Shown: positions 12,401-25,487 of the stretch, one piece after another
How positions within the stretch are numbered: the first letter of the stretch is position 1
Layout of the letters: every line of letters starts with the position of its first letter
Origin: Vicugna vicugna
Taxonomy: Eukaryota
Direction of reading: 5' to 3'
Assembly (NCBI GenBank): GCA_013265495.1
Contig: MU061560.1
Coordinates: 558,001-622,000 of the forward strand
DNA length: 64,000 nt
Notes under the pieces: generated by a model
Seen by the model: the letters and a program-made list of their open reading frames with translations, nothing else
What the model was told of the DNA's origin: nothing
Databases searched by the model: none
Program-made: the position numbers and the translations under genes

Positions 12401-14760
12401 TGCAGACGTATCTCCAGGTTTTAAGTGGGGCCCAATAATGAAAAGTGCCACCAGCCACTTTTGTGATAATGGCATCTCCAGTGCCATCATGTATGCAAGC
12501 AATAACTTCTTCAGGGTAGGTTTTTATACCGAAATTTTAATGTGAACATTCCCAAGTGATGCCAGAATTCAAATTGCTCAGTGTAGGGAAGAGAAAGTGT
12601 GTGTGGTAGGGGCGGGGGGTGGGGGGGAGGCAGACAACATCATTCCTTGGATTCAAGTAACTATCAAAAGCCTTTTTCACTTTTGCAAAGGGTACAGATG
12701 GTAAAAACAGCCAAACACACCTGCACTGCTTTATCAAGTTACATTTCGTTTTCCATGAAGTTTAATACAGATTGGCGTCCTTATCTTCACGGGGTGACAT
12801 ACCCCAATTTTTAAAAATTACCAGCCTTTTTATTGTCTACTTTGTGGAAACAGGGTTTTGTTTTTTTTTTTCCCCTCCACCCCTTCTAATTTTAGATCTC
12901 ATTTCTGGTTATACTCAAAGCCTTCAGTTCTTATTCTGAGTGTATTACCTGTGATAACTGTAATAATGACCTTTCTGGGCTGAAATATCCTGGGCTGAAT
13001 ATCCTGAGAAAAAAGGCATCAAGAGAAGCAAATAAAACTTTTGAGGACAAAGGTCTTCCCGCCTCCCCCCCCCCCGGCCAGGCATCCTTGCTGTAATACA
13101 GAATCGAACATTAACTACGATTTTCTATATCACGTGATGTTCCTATTAGCGGGTCTAAGATTAAGCACATGGTATTTATAAGCTAAAATTAATTCAAAAG
13201 GCAAGAATGTTTTAATGTCTTCATTCTTAAATTTTGTATTCTTCACGAATGTATTCATATAAAACTGGGTAACCTGTTCTTATTAGGATTCTATTGTATA
13301 TCTGTAACATCTTAAATGGATCCTGTTAACTTCTTCATTCTCATCCAATTTTAGTAGAATCCAGTTGCTTTTTATTTCCATATTACGATCTACTATGGAT
13401 TCTTCAGGTTTAGAAAATATGAATATGATATATAAAAGCCACTAGATCCACTTTTAAAACCCTTCCTGTGAATTTATGCGTATGTGTAAATATGTAAAAA
13501 CACTGCTGATTTCCAATTCTGTTTTTCCATAGGAATGAAATTTTTATAGAAACTGTTCTTTTTAACTTAACTATTTTAACATAAATTATTTACATGGACT
13601 TTTTGGTATAATTCATTCTTATGTATGCCCTGTAATCATGTTGTCATGGAAGACGACTGCTTTCTTTACTGATACGTAGAGAGGAATTGGAGTAGCACTG
13701 AGACAAGCAAGAATGGACAGACAGATGGACAGAAGGAGTCCATCGGTCTCCAAATCCGAGCAATATATGTTAGGATAAGAGAAAAATACTTGAACAGCAG
13801 AGGGACATAAACTGTAAGATACAAATCTACACGATTGCACACTGATGGGGTCCATTGCACCCGGCCTTTCGTCTGGCCTCTGGACCACTAGTATCTCGTC
13901 ACTACTTTTTCTTTAGACTTAAAAAATAATGACTTCTATTGGGTAGTTTTCTGCTCTGTTTATTGACATAGAAAAAAAATCCCTCTGAAGTCAATCACGG
14001 TCTTCTACTTTCTGGGCTGAGCATTTGGCAGAGTACAGTGTCCTTTCTGTCTTTTGAGATGAAATAGCACATGGCTTGTACAAGATAGTTGTTAACTCAT
14101 TGGGGGTCACTGTGAGTTACATGACGGTTACCCCTTCCTAAAACTCATTACAGATTGAATTAGTGAGATTAGGTAGATTTAGTGAGAAATCAAGAAATCT
14201 CATTGTAGCATATTTTATTAATAAGTGAATACCAAATACATAGAGTGATCTGTATAGGTTTGGGAAGAGAAATAATAGTCTATGTGGACCATTATGATAA
14301 CAGAATTGCATTATCTATTACACATTATATGGATGTTGGAATGTATCACTTGGGTGGGGGCGGGGAGGTCTCCCTACATTAGCAATCATGTCTGCACATA
14401 GAACCTTGTTTTGTTTTTTTAAAACCAAACTAGCATTTCATTTTGTGACAATTGACTGATTTTTTTTTTTGAGTAAGTGTTGTCTGGGTTTTTGAATTGT
14501 TGACTGATCAGTTTGAAAAGGTATGTTAGCAGAATTTTAGAGTTAAATGTGAAAAAAAGTGTACACAAAAAGTAATTTTTCCTTTCTAGCTATATGAATG
14601 TAAAATACTTGCAGATAGTGTATATAATTTGTAACATATGTATATTTGGTCATAAAGACAGAGAATTGGAAACATTGTAAAATTAAGCACTTTAATTCTA
14701 TTAAATATTAAACATTTGTATCTTATAAATAAATACATCCTTAAATGAATTCTAAAGACT
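9490..14760 (+). other. FGD4: Probable long FGD4 3' UTR (~5.3 kb)
   Basis: AU-rich unique sequence nearly free of interspersed repeats. It ends in a cluster of poly(A) hexamers, and dense repeats resume right after. The 3' end is inferred, not observed. Confidence 0.65.
14700..14733 (+). terminator. Candidate distal polyadenylation signal cluster of FGD4
   Basis: ATTAAA at 14700 and 14707, AATAAA at 14728-14733, upstream TGTA motifs and a GT/T-rich tract downstream (~14780-14830). Other AATAAA hexamers at 10076, 11871 and 13031 may be proximal sites. Confidence 0.6.
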
Positions 14761-14919
14761 TAGATATTATTTCGGCTAGGATTATGTTATGTTCAGCTCA
14801 CAATAATTTTGGTTGTTAGAAATGTTGGTTGACTCAGAAAAAAGTTACTGCATAGGGTACTGACCCACCACCAATCCCACCAAAACCTGCATAAATCTTT
14901 CGAGAATAAAGCTTGTGGT

Positions 14920-15078
14920 GGGGGGAGGGTATAGCTCAAGCGGTAGAGCACGTGCTTAGCATGCACGAGGTCCTGGGTACAATCCCCAGCACCTCCACCA
15001 AAGATAAACCTAATTACTTCTCCCTGTAAATCGAATAATTAAATGATATAATAATAAAATAAAATAAAAAACAAAAAA
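14920..15078 (+). mobile_element. Camelid tRNA-derived SINE
   Basis: A/B boxes; TSD core AGAATAAAGCTT at 14903-14914 and 15079-15090. Confidence 0.93.
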
Positions 15079-15719
15079 AGAATAAAGCTTATGACAGAAG
15101 CCAGGGTTCCCCAGGTGTAGAGATGGTGGCTTCTGCCTGAGATAACTCCAAAACTAGATCTCCAGAAACGGCGCAGCAGGGCTGCTCTGTTCTCTTTGAA
15201 ATGACTGCTTCAGTCCATGGTGTATGGTGTTGCCTGCATGGCTCAGTCTTACATAGTGACACACAAGTCAAAGGAACTGTGAGTCTTGGTCCTGCTATGG
15301 CCTTAGGCAGTTTACCTCAATCCCAATAATAAATTCTTACGGTCGTTTCAAGGAATAAGAAAAAGGCACTTGGTAACTCTGCAGCACTATACAAATAGCA
15401 TTTCCTGGAGCACTTTACTGGGTATCATACAGTCACCGTACTGGCCTTCGATTTAAAAAATTAAAGATATCCCCAAAAGGAATCCTAAGTGACTTCCAAT
15501 ATGATTTCATAAGTAAAACATTTCCAGAAATAATCTTTTTTAGACGTTCATTACCTTTCTTCAGGCCTTAATGAACCAATTCATTTATCGATACTTACAA
15601 GCAGCTGGCATCAGCTGAAGAATTCTTTAAAATGTTGCCGTTGGCCCATCGACACGACTTGTTTGGGTCCACCTTACACGGGAGTGGAAACACGGCGGAG
15701 AGAGGGCCGGTGTGGCCTA

Positions 15720-16240
15720 TTCAGGGCTTCTCAGACTTCAGTGTGCATCACCTGAGGGTCTTACTCAACTGCGGATTCTGAGTTCGCAAGGTCAGCGATG
15801 AAGCCGGTCTTGTTAATGACGTCTCGCGTGATGTCAGTGCTCCTGAAACCGCTCCTGGAGGAACAGGCTCACAGTGGAAAGGACTCTGTCGGAGACAGCT
15901 GGCTAGAAACCCTTGGCTCTGTCGCTTACTCTTTGTGACTTAGGCACAAACTCTCCCTTGAAAAGTTGTGGGACTTAAACGAGACAATATTATGATGTAT
16001 TGCCTGGCCCGGATGAGACATTCAGTAAATAACTGTTAACATTAACGGAGATCGTTGAGCTACTGCAGAAGTGTGCAGCCCTGACTGTACGTTAGACTCG
16101 CCTGGGGAGTAAACTGAGTCGTGCTCTGGCTTCACCCTCAGAAACTCCCATCTTGTGGTGGTTGGCCTGTGGATATTAGTGTTTGCAAAAATTCCCCAGG
16201 TGATCCTGATGGGAAGCCTCATCTGAGAAACACTGATTAC
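15720..16240. mobile_element. Two MER5-like hAT MITE remnants (~15720-15870 and ~16065-16235) flanking a MIR fragment
   Basis: CAGGGCTTCTCAGACTTCAGTGTGCATCACCTG and CCCCAGGTGATCCTGATG...TGAGAAACACTG resemble MER5A ends. Confidence 0.6.
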
Positions 16241-16399
16241 GTATTTACTCAGCGCTTGGTCCTGTGTCGAACACTCTACGTGCACATCACAGCAGCACTG
16301 GTAAGATTTTCACACAAGCAAACAGGTTTAGAGAGCTTAGGTGACTATCTGCTCAGCTCCTGGCGCCCTCTCGTCCTCCCGTGCCCTCTTCAAAGGTTC

Positions 16400-18360
16400 A
16401 GTCACTAACTAGCCCTTTGCGTTCAGTTCACTCAGCGCCCTCTCTGGCTTTGTCCTGCTTGTTTGGCAAAACCAAAACCTGGGTTTACTCAACTCTGTCT
16501 TCTCCATGCCCACAACCCCTGCCGCTGAGCAAAATGAACACCTACACTGATTGGTGTGATTTAAAATGTGTCACTAGGTGACTATTTCACACCTCCTTTC
16601 TCCTCAAACCTCCATCGCCTCCCTCATCCTCGACCCAATTGATAACCTTCCCCACTTTACTCAGAAAATTAAAGTAATTGGCGGGGCACTGCCACAGTCT
16701 TCCCACAACCACATCCAGCCGTCTACCAACACTTGGGTCCCACATCCTGACTGGATAATCCATGTTGCTTACCTAAACCTGGTGTCTCCAACTGAGCACC
16801 ACCTCCTACCCCCACTCACCTCAAGGGTACTTCTCCAGCCACTCTGCTTTTCTCATACAACATACAAAGAGTCCTCCCTCTTTACTGGATCTTTCTTTCA
16901 GCAGACAAATCGATAATTTCCCCCAACCTAAATAATAAACTTCACCCGCCAGTTACCGCCCACTCCCCCCTGCCTTTTGGAGCAATACTTGAGTTTTCTG
17001 TGCTTGTCTCCAGTTCCTCGCTAACCGTTCTCTCCTAAATGGACTTCAGCCAGGCTCTTGCCCCCACCGTTTAAATGAAATTGCCCTCATCAGTGTGAAC
17101 AGTGACTTCCATGTTGCTAATCGAGTGGCCAATTCTCAGTTCTCATCTTGACTTATTGGTAGCATTTGCGATACCTGGTCACATACCAAAATTCACTTCT
17201 TCCCTTGGCTTGCAGGTCTCCAAGCATTTGGTTATTCTTTCTATTCCTTTCTTAGTCTCCTTTGCTGTTTTCAACACATCTTCTAGACTTCTTAGGGGCA
17301 TCTAGGATGAGGTATGTCCTAGGTTCTCTTTATCCGCGTTTGTTTCATTGATGATCGCATGTAATTTCACACTGTCGACTCCCAATTGTTTATCTCCAGC
17401 TCTTAACTATTCCTCTGCACACTAGAAACATGTATCTATCTACTTGTCCTCTCCACTTGGATGCCTAGTAGACAATCTTAAATTTAACCTGTGCAAAACT
17501 GAGCTGATCTCTCCCCATACAACCTACCCCATCCGTACGTAACTTTCTCCGTCTCAGTTCATTGCAACTCTGGTTTCCAAGTTGCTCGGGCCAAAAGCTC
17601 TCATCTCGGACTCCTCTCTTTCTCAGACTACACATCCAGTGTATCAGGAAATGACATTAACTCACCTTCAGAATGTACCTACAGTCAGATCTCTCACCAG
17701 TGCGGCTGCTACCGTTCTGTCCTGAACCACCATCTTGCTACACTGTCACAGTAGCTTTCTACTGAGTCGCAAGGCTTCCAGGCCACCCCAACCCCCTCAC
17801 CTTGTCAAGTACGCAATCAGGGGAGTCTGTCAAAACACAGATTCTGTTGCTTCTCTACCCCAGTCCCTCCAGGGGCTCCCCATTTCCCTCAGAATAAGAG
17901 CCAGAGTCCTCTGGCCTCACAAGGTCCTGCGTGTCTGCCCACCACCAGCACCGTGGACCACGCACCTTGCTTTTCTGTAAACAAGCAGAGCACACGTAAG
18001 CCGTGTAACACAGACGCTGGCTGTCCCTTCTTCCTGCAGTGCTCCTTCCCTAGACATCCGCATGGCTTACACCTCTGCCAGTTTAAAATCTTTGCTCAGA
18101 TACCACCACGATCTCACTGGACTATGAGATTTTAGATTTACAGCTGCCTCCACTACACACATATCACTCCCATTCTTGCTAATCTGTTCTATCTTTTCCC
18201 ATAGCACTTGGCATCTTGTAACAAACTAAGTAACTAGCTGTTTATTTTTTATTGTCTGTCTACACCTATTAGAACAGAAGCTCCACAAAGGTAAGGATTT
18301 TTATATGTTTTGATCACTGATGTCCCCAATCCCCACATTGTAGGCGCTCAAATACTGAAC
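16400..18360 (+). mobile_element. LINE-2 long 3' fragment
   Basis: Pyrimidine-rich degenerate L2 (CTCCACTTGGATGCCTAGTAGACAATCTTAAATTTAAC) ending in GTAGGCGCTCAAATACTGAA. Confidence 0.75.
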
Positions 18361-20549
18361 ACAAAAGCTAGATTATATAAAATAACAAAATGAGCAGAAC
18401 TGTTCCGAAGTATCGGACCTCTGGAATAGAGGCTGAGAGGAAGAGAAATCAACATTTTATATAGCTAAATTGTCTTAATAGCAAAGCCAGATTCCTGAAT
18501 AAGTGTTTAAAACACAGTCAAGGACTTCAAAATATAATGAAGAAAATCTTAGTCAACCTTCACACGATGGATTCTTGCTTTTAAAAAATCCGTCTCAACC
18601 CATTGTCATCACCACCACCACATCTGGTCCATGAGGAAATTAGAGGCGGCTGGTCACCGTTCCAGAAGGAGCCAGAGGTGCTGAAAGACACACGTCCTGA
18701 GGAAGTGGGGCTGGCGGAGCGGACCTGACACGGGGTTTGGACAACAGGCCCCCAGTCCGCGGTCACCCTCTCTCACAGAGGAAGTGATTCATGTGTTGTT
18801 TTGGTCTTGCACTTCAGTAAAAATAAAGCCAGGTTGCTTTGACTCAGTAAAGGAAACTCTGCTTTTATAGAAGGTTTTTAAGAAGATTGAACCACATAGT
18901 CCATTACGGTATTTTCACAAGAAAACAATATTTTTAGATCATTTAAATATATGATTATCATACACCAAACCAAGGTAATAACTGAAAAAATCAACTTAAA
19001 AATATTGTTTCTATATAGAATCATGGCTGAAGGAGGAAGAAACATATCTCATCCTACAGATCATCTTGTAAAGATTGTTTTTCAGTATCTTTTGCATCAG
19101 TGTGTGTGTGTGTCTGTCTGTCTGTGTGTGCTTGGGGAGTGGAGAGCAGGCAGGCACAGAGCACAGGGAGGATGAACCAAAGGGTCCAGCCTCACAGTTT
19201 TTAAATGTAGGAGAAGGAACCCTCAATAAAGAAAAATTATTTGCTGAAGAATTCGTGGTGATTTTCTGAGTATACCTTTTTGTTGAGTTTTTACTTTTGA
19301 ACCATCTGAGTGTTTTATATCCACATACATAATAAAATTTTAAACTGATGAAAAAACCTAAAATGGAATAAAAATACAAATGAACATTATCTATAGGTCA
19401 GATAATACTAAATGCATAACAACATAACCACTCTGAAGATAAAGATTAGAGCTCAGGCACGCTTTTGAACACAGTGTGTTGACTATACACGCTTAGGCTA
19501 AAGGCAGATTGAACTGTAAGCAAGTACTGAGTTCTAGGTCACTGGTTTGTTTTACCCAATCATATGACTTGCATTTCCAACATTTTACTGAGTTCTAGAA
19601 CTGAGCAAATAAGTGGTGTGTTGAGTGTAATGGGAGCCAAATTTCTTGCTGTCCCCGAAGGAAGTTCCAGTGTGGAAAGGGAGAACGTGATAATAAACTC
19701 TGTGCAACTGTTGGACTAGAGATACAAGTACCGGTATGAACACATGATCTGATGAAGTTAGCTAGCTAGGTGGTATAGACAGTTAGTGACAAGACATGCA
19801 GATACACAGGTGTGTGTGTGTACGCACATCTCCTAGCCGTCTTCTCTGAGGGTCTAGAAGCAGTAACTCCCCGGCAGCAGTGAGCATACGTAGGTTGGTT
19901 TCTAAAGAATGATGGGGACGTGTCAGAAGAACCAGGAGTCAACTTGAAGAGGCTTCCGCTGGCAAAACTCGGGACAGTGGAACACGAAAATAAAAAATGA
20001 TGGTGGTTCTATGTCAGTGGAGCTGGGGGGGAAAGGATGGTAATCGATTAAAATCCATTAAATAAAACAGGAACACATGGATTCAAACTGACATGAATGA
20101 ATGAAGAAAAAGGAAAAGCTCTTCCCGATGACAGAATGCAAACAAACAAATGTAGAAGGAATGAAAAAGTTCAAATGATGAGCATTTGACAAAACATTGT
20201 AATAATTCAAGTAAGAATCACCCTACCCTGTAACTGATGGGTAAAAAAATTCCTGAGGACAAGTGTACGTACATAGTCTCAAAGTTGTACCCACAAAGTT
20301 CTTATTAACTATAAAAGGAAAAATAATAACTTTGTAATGGAAAAGCTTGGTGGACAGCGCCTCACCCAAGTTAATGTCACCAGCAAGGACAGGCTGATAT
20401 CATGGGCCCCTTGATCAAAGCACATCTCTCTATTCCTGCTCAAAGTGCAGAACCTCAATTTAACCATGAGGAAATACCAGACAAGCCCAAACTGAGCGAG
20501 CCCGAACTACAGAAAACCTGGTCTATTTTCTTCAAAAATATTACAGTCA

Positions 20550-20720
20550 GGGGAGAGGATGTGGCTCAGTGGTACAGCGCATGCTTGGCATGCACGAGGT
20601 CCTGGGTTCAATCCCCAGTAACTCCATTAAAATAAATAAGTGAATAAATAAAACTTATTACCCCCCCAAACAAAAACAAACCCACAAAAATAAATAAATA
20701 AATAAATAAAATATATTTTT
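20550..20720 (+). mobile_element. Camelid tRNA-derived SINE
   Basis: TGGCTCAGTGG A box, GGTTCAATCCC B box, (TAAA)n tail. Confidence 0.9.
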
Positions 20721-20855
20721 AAAGAAATGTTCAGTCATGAAATACAAAGACAGATTGAGGAATTTTCCAGAATAAAGGACTAAAACGACTTAAGAACTAA
20801 ATGCAGTGTGTATGGAATCCTGGATTGGACCTAAGCTATATTTTTTTTCTACTAT

Positions 20856-21012
20856 TTTTTAAATTAAATTTTATTTATTTATTTATTTATTTATTTATTT
20901 TTGTGGGGGGAGGTAATTAGGTTTATTTAACTTTGGAGGAGTTACTGGGGATTGAATCCAGGACCCCGTGTATGCTAAGCATGCGCTCTACCACTTGAAG
21001 TATACCCTCCCC
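20856..21012 (-). mobile_element. Camelid tRNA-derived SINE
   Basis: Reverse-complement copy; TSD TTTTTTCTACTATT on both sides. Confidence 0.92.
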
Positions 21013-21480
21013 TCTTTTTTTCTACTATTAAACCCACTATGGAGACAATTGGTGAGAAACTAATGTCTGTAGCTTAGATCATCATACTGTATTTGTCGGT
21101 TTTCCTGTGCCAGCAATTACAATGCAGTTATGTAAGGGAACAGCCTTGTTCTTGAGTGTGTATTTCAAGGTAAAGAGGCAACATGTCCACAATTTTCTGT
21201 CAAATGATTCAGAGATGAAAGGGAGAGAGAACAATTAGGCCAATGAAGGAAAAATGTTAATAGAGAATCTGGATGAAGGGCGAACTAGAGTTTTTTTTAA
21301 TGTATTCTAGCTTTTCTGTGAATCTACATGCACTTAAATTTTTTGTAATGTTTTTATGGAGTTTAACCTAGTTACTCTCCTGAGATGGTTTTGTAATTGT
21401 AATTTGTCTTTTCTTTTATTTCTCTTCATACAAATAAAAATGATTTCATAAAGACATATAGAGAAAAGCCCCCATCTTTT

Positions 21481-21635
21481 GGGGCAGGGAGCTCAAGTTG
21501 TAGAGCACGTGCTTAGCATGCATGAGGTCCTGGGCTCAATCCCCAGTGCCTCCATTAAATTAATTAATTGATTGATTGATTTAATAGATCAGTTAATCTA
21601 ATTACCGCTCCCTCCCCCACCCCTGAAAAAAATTT
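21481..21635 (+). mobile_element. Camelid tRNA-derived SINE
   Basis: AGCTCAAGTTGTAGAGCACGTGCTTAGCATGCATGAGGTCCTGGGCTCAATCCCC. Confidence 0.88.
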
Positions 21636-22477
21636 CTTAAGTCATTTATTCATTCAACATTTCAATATTGAGTGTTTCCTATATGTCAGTTGCTTACTGT
21701 ATCAATATTTAAGATCTAGGATTACTTTGAATATACTGACAGTAGGTTCTTTTTTAATTTCTCTGAGCATACAAATAACTCTATCCTCATATTTTGTCAT
21801 TCCACTAGTCAGAAGATACGTTCTTTGTAAACAAAATACTCAATATTTTTAAATAGATAAGCCATACTGTCACAAATGTATATGTCAGCATTCACAAGGA
21901 AGATTTCTGACCCACCCCACACTTGTCACCTGTGATTGTTAACCTAATGCAAGATTTACAAAATAAAATTACAAAATAAAATAAGAGAAACATTCTATTT
22001 TAACTAGAGTGGAAATATGAAGAAATCAATACCTAGAATGTTCTAAAATTACACATTGTTTCAAATATATTAAAGGAACTGCAATTGTCCCTGGGTGTTC
22101 TGGTATTTATTAACATTGGTTTATTTAAGGGGTCCAAGAAACGCTAATAGATTTTACGAGGAAAAATTGTGTGAGAACGAAAGAGAGAAGCTGAGAAAAA
22201 CTCTGACCTCTCCAAGTTCCAGAGCCCCTTCATGCACGTGGGCCTCTCACAGACAGACAGGGACTGAGTGACATTCATTAATGTATTTTCATTTATTTTA
22301 AAAATCCCGAATTCCACAGAGGAACTGAACTTCTATCGTTTTCAAACAACGGAAAAAGTGCAGCAGAACAAGTTAATGTTTCAGGATTCAGAAACCAAAG
22401 CAAGAAAAACATGAAATTAGTGTGAGGTTAGAGCAGAAAATCAGACTTCAAGCAGCCCAGGTAAAGATGAGTGTTCA

Positions 22478-22568
22478 GGCAGGGTGCGTGCCCAGCACAC
22501 ATGAGGTCCTGGGTTCAATCCCCATTACCTCAATTTAAAAATAAATAAACAAACCTAATTGCCTCCCC

Positions 22569-22571
<3 letters not shown>
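22478..22571 (+). mobile_element. Internally deleted camelid SINE (A box missing)
   Basis: B box and linker present; flanked by AAAGATGAGTGT/AAAGATCAGTGT. Confidence 0.8.

Positions 22572-22617
<46 letters not shown>
22572..22617 (+). repeat. (CA)23 microsatellite in the SINE tail
   Basis: Direct count. Confidence 0.98.
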
Positions 22618-22619
<2 letters not shown>

Positions 22620-24089
22620 GATCAGTGTCTAAAGTTTAAAAATGGTGGAATCCTGGGTGATTTTTCAACATTTCTTCTCTGTATTTTCCTTTTTTTCTCT
22701 GAAGCCTAAAAATATACTTAGAAGTTAAAAAGAAACATACTTAAGGAACTGCTGACATCCACATAAGTACGTGCTACCAGCCCACTGGTGGCAGGCGGTG
22801 ACCTGCCAGTAGCGGTGGCCGCAGGGTGGATCCAATCTCCATTGTCACCTGAGCCCCAGTGCTTCTTAGATCTTAGCATTCAACAGATTCCTTGGACAAT
22901 ATAACAACCAGAACACAACAAAGAAAAATTCCTCCAGCTTCTGTCAAAAATCCTGCTCTTAGTGAGCCCTGAAGGAGGCCAGGGATGAGGGCCAGGTGGA
23001 AGGTTCCCAGATAAAGTAATAAGTTGGTGACTCTTAAAATTAGTGCTACTGAAATGCTTGTTTAACATTTACTTAGAGGAGAGACCAAGTAATGTCTACT
23101 AGTAAGACTTCTGGGAGCAGCTGGGAACCTCTTCTATTGTATTCTGGGTTCTTCAGATTTGGCAAGAGAGTTGTGTATACTTACTTTCACAAAATAAATA
23201 AAAAGATGGCAATCAGCTGGACCCAGTTTCACCAGTAAGCACTTTAGAGACCACTTACTGTTGCTCAAGAGCACCCCCTGGGGGTTTTGAACTATGACAA
23301 GTGATTTAAACTCATTCTGTTCCTGAGAGGAGTTCTGGTAAACACAATTTTCTCCGTATCAATGTTTCCCGCCACGACTAGTGCTGATCAACACCTTAGC
23401 ATCCCCTATACATAGCAACATGGGTGGCTTCCCTGCTGGACCACCCCTTAATCCAGCTCTGCTGGGAAGAACTCTTGACAACGCAGCTGCCGTCTTGTCC
23501 TCCCAGTTGCCTTTGCCCCCTCACTCTGTCCCTTTATTCTCCTTCCCTTAAAAACACCAGAGCAAATTCCTCAAGTATGTCCACCCTGCCAGTCACAACT
23601 GAATCCAAGGGATGCACCATCGCAGCTCAGTCTTGATCCCCAAATCACAGGTGTCTCTTTACAAAGTAGAACCCACTGTTTGCAATCTGGGGTCTTACTC
23701 GTTTCACTTAACATCATACTCTAAGCACTTCTCTATCTTCAAAAGCAGTTTTTAATAGTAGCAGCCAACATTTGAGGGCTTACTATGTGCTAGGCACCAT
23801 TCTAGGACCTCTATATGATTTATTTCATTTATACTCCACTACAATTTATTTATAAAATCTGCCATTTCCCATTTTCACTGGTTTATATTTTTAGTGCTTC
23901 CAAATACTTACAGTTTGTTTGTGTTTTTCCAATTTCTAATTCTTTTAAATTCAGTTTTAGTATCTTATATGTAATAGAAACGACTTTTTCCTCTGTGTCT
24001 AGCTTATTGGTATCAGATTGCTTGTATTAGTCTCTAAGAGGTTTAAATAATCTCTATCAGTGATTTTATCTACTGTTTATTCTTTGCTT

Positions 24090-24935
24090 CTAGTTTTATT
24101 GAGATGTAATTGGTGTGCAGCACTGTATACGTTTAAGGTGTGCAGCATAATGATTTGATTTACGTAGACCGTGAACTGATTACCACAATAAGTTTAGTGA
24201 ACATCCATCATCTCATATAATTAAAGAAACAGAAAAAAATGTCTTCCTTGCAATGAGAACACGTAACAACTTTCATGTATAACATACGGCAGTGCTAATT
24301 ATATTTACCACACTGCGCATTACAGCCCTAGGACTTGTTTGTCATGGAACTGGAAGTTTGTACCTTTTGACAATCTTCCTCCAATCACCCCTCCCCCCAG
24401 CCCCACTTCCGGTAACCGCAAATCTGATCTCCCATGAGTTTGTTTTTCAAGTATAATAGAACTACAAAGCTATGTTAATTCCTGGTACAATACATAGCGA
24501 TTCAATATTTCTATACATCTCAAAATGACCATCATGATAAGTCTAGTTACCATCTGTCACCATACAGAGATATCACATAATTATTGACTGTATTCCCCAC
24601 ATGCATTTTTTATTTGTTTTGATGTTTAGATTCCACATATAAGTGAAATCATACAGTATGTGCTTGTATTTGTCTTTCTGTGTCTGACTTATTTCACTTA
24701 GCATAATACCCTCTAGGTCCATCCATGTTGTCAAACGAGAATAGCAAGAATTCATTCTTTTTTATGGTTGAGTAATATTCCCCACACACACACCCACATA
24801 TTCTTTATGCACTCATCTATTGATGGACACTTTGGTTGCTTCCATATCTTGGCTATTGTGAATAATGCTGCAGTGGACATAGGGGTGCATTTGTTACTGA
24901 GCCCCTTCCAGATTCTTGGACAGCAATACCATAGA
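24090..24935 (-). mobile_element. L1 3' end (ORF2 C-terminus + 3' UTR), running into the gap
   Basis: Minus-strand ORF pieces CTPMSTAALFTIAKIWKQPKCPS and TWMDLEGIMLSEISQ are L1 ORF2 C-terminal motifs. Confidence 0.9.
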
Positions 24936-24939
24936 AATA

Positions 24940-25487
24940 NNNNNNNNNNNNNNNNNNNNNNNNNNNNNNNNNNNNNNNNNNNNNNNNNNNNNNNNNNNNN
25001 NNNNNNNNNNNNNNNNNNNNNNNNNNNNNNNNNNNNNNNNNNNNNNNNNNNNNNNNNNNNNNNNNNNNNNNNNNNNNNNNNNNNNNNNNNNNNNNNNNNN
25101 NNNNNNNNNNNNNNNNNNNNNNNNNNNNNNNNNNNNNNNNNNNNNNNNNNNNNNNNNNNNNNNNNNNNNNNNNNNNNNNNNNNNNNNNNNNNNNNNNNNN
25201 NNNNNNNNNNNNNNNNNNNNNNNNNNNNNNNNNNNNNNNNNNNNNNNNNNNNNNNNNNNNNNNNNNNNNNNNNNNNNNNNNNNNNNNNNNNNNNNNNNNN
25301 NNNNNNNNNNNNNNNNNNNNNNNNNNNNNNNNNNNNNNNNNNNNNNNNNNNNNNNNNNNNNNNNNNNNNNNNNNNNNNNNNNNNNNNNNNNNNNNNNNNN
25401 NNNNNNNNNNNNNNNNNNNNNNNNNNNNNNNNNNNNNNNNNNNNNNNNNNNNNNNNNNNNNNNNNNNNNNNNNNNNNNNNNNNNNNN
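24940..25487. other. Assembly gap
   Basis: Run of N. Confidence 1.

Larger units (their letters stand above)
19300..21330 (+). mobile_element. Old L1 (L1MC/ME-like) 3' fragments interrupted by two SINEs
   Basis: CCAGACAAGCCCAAACTGAG, ACTAAATGCAGTGTG..ATCCTGGATTGGA and AATCTGGATGAAGGG motifs typical of old L1 3' regions. Confidence 0.6.

Noticed and set aside
12465..12490. IRE-like C-N5-CAGTGC in the FGD4 3' UTR
   Set aside because: The upper stem (ATCTC versus CATCA) cannot pair; only an unrelated 6-bp ATGGCA/TGCCAT hairpin forms.
22775..22820. TGGCAGG...CCTGCCA inverted repeat with a CTCF-like look
   Set aside because: Only a 7-bp stem and several mismatches to the CTCF core; not distinguishable from chance.
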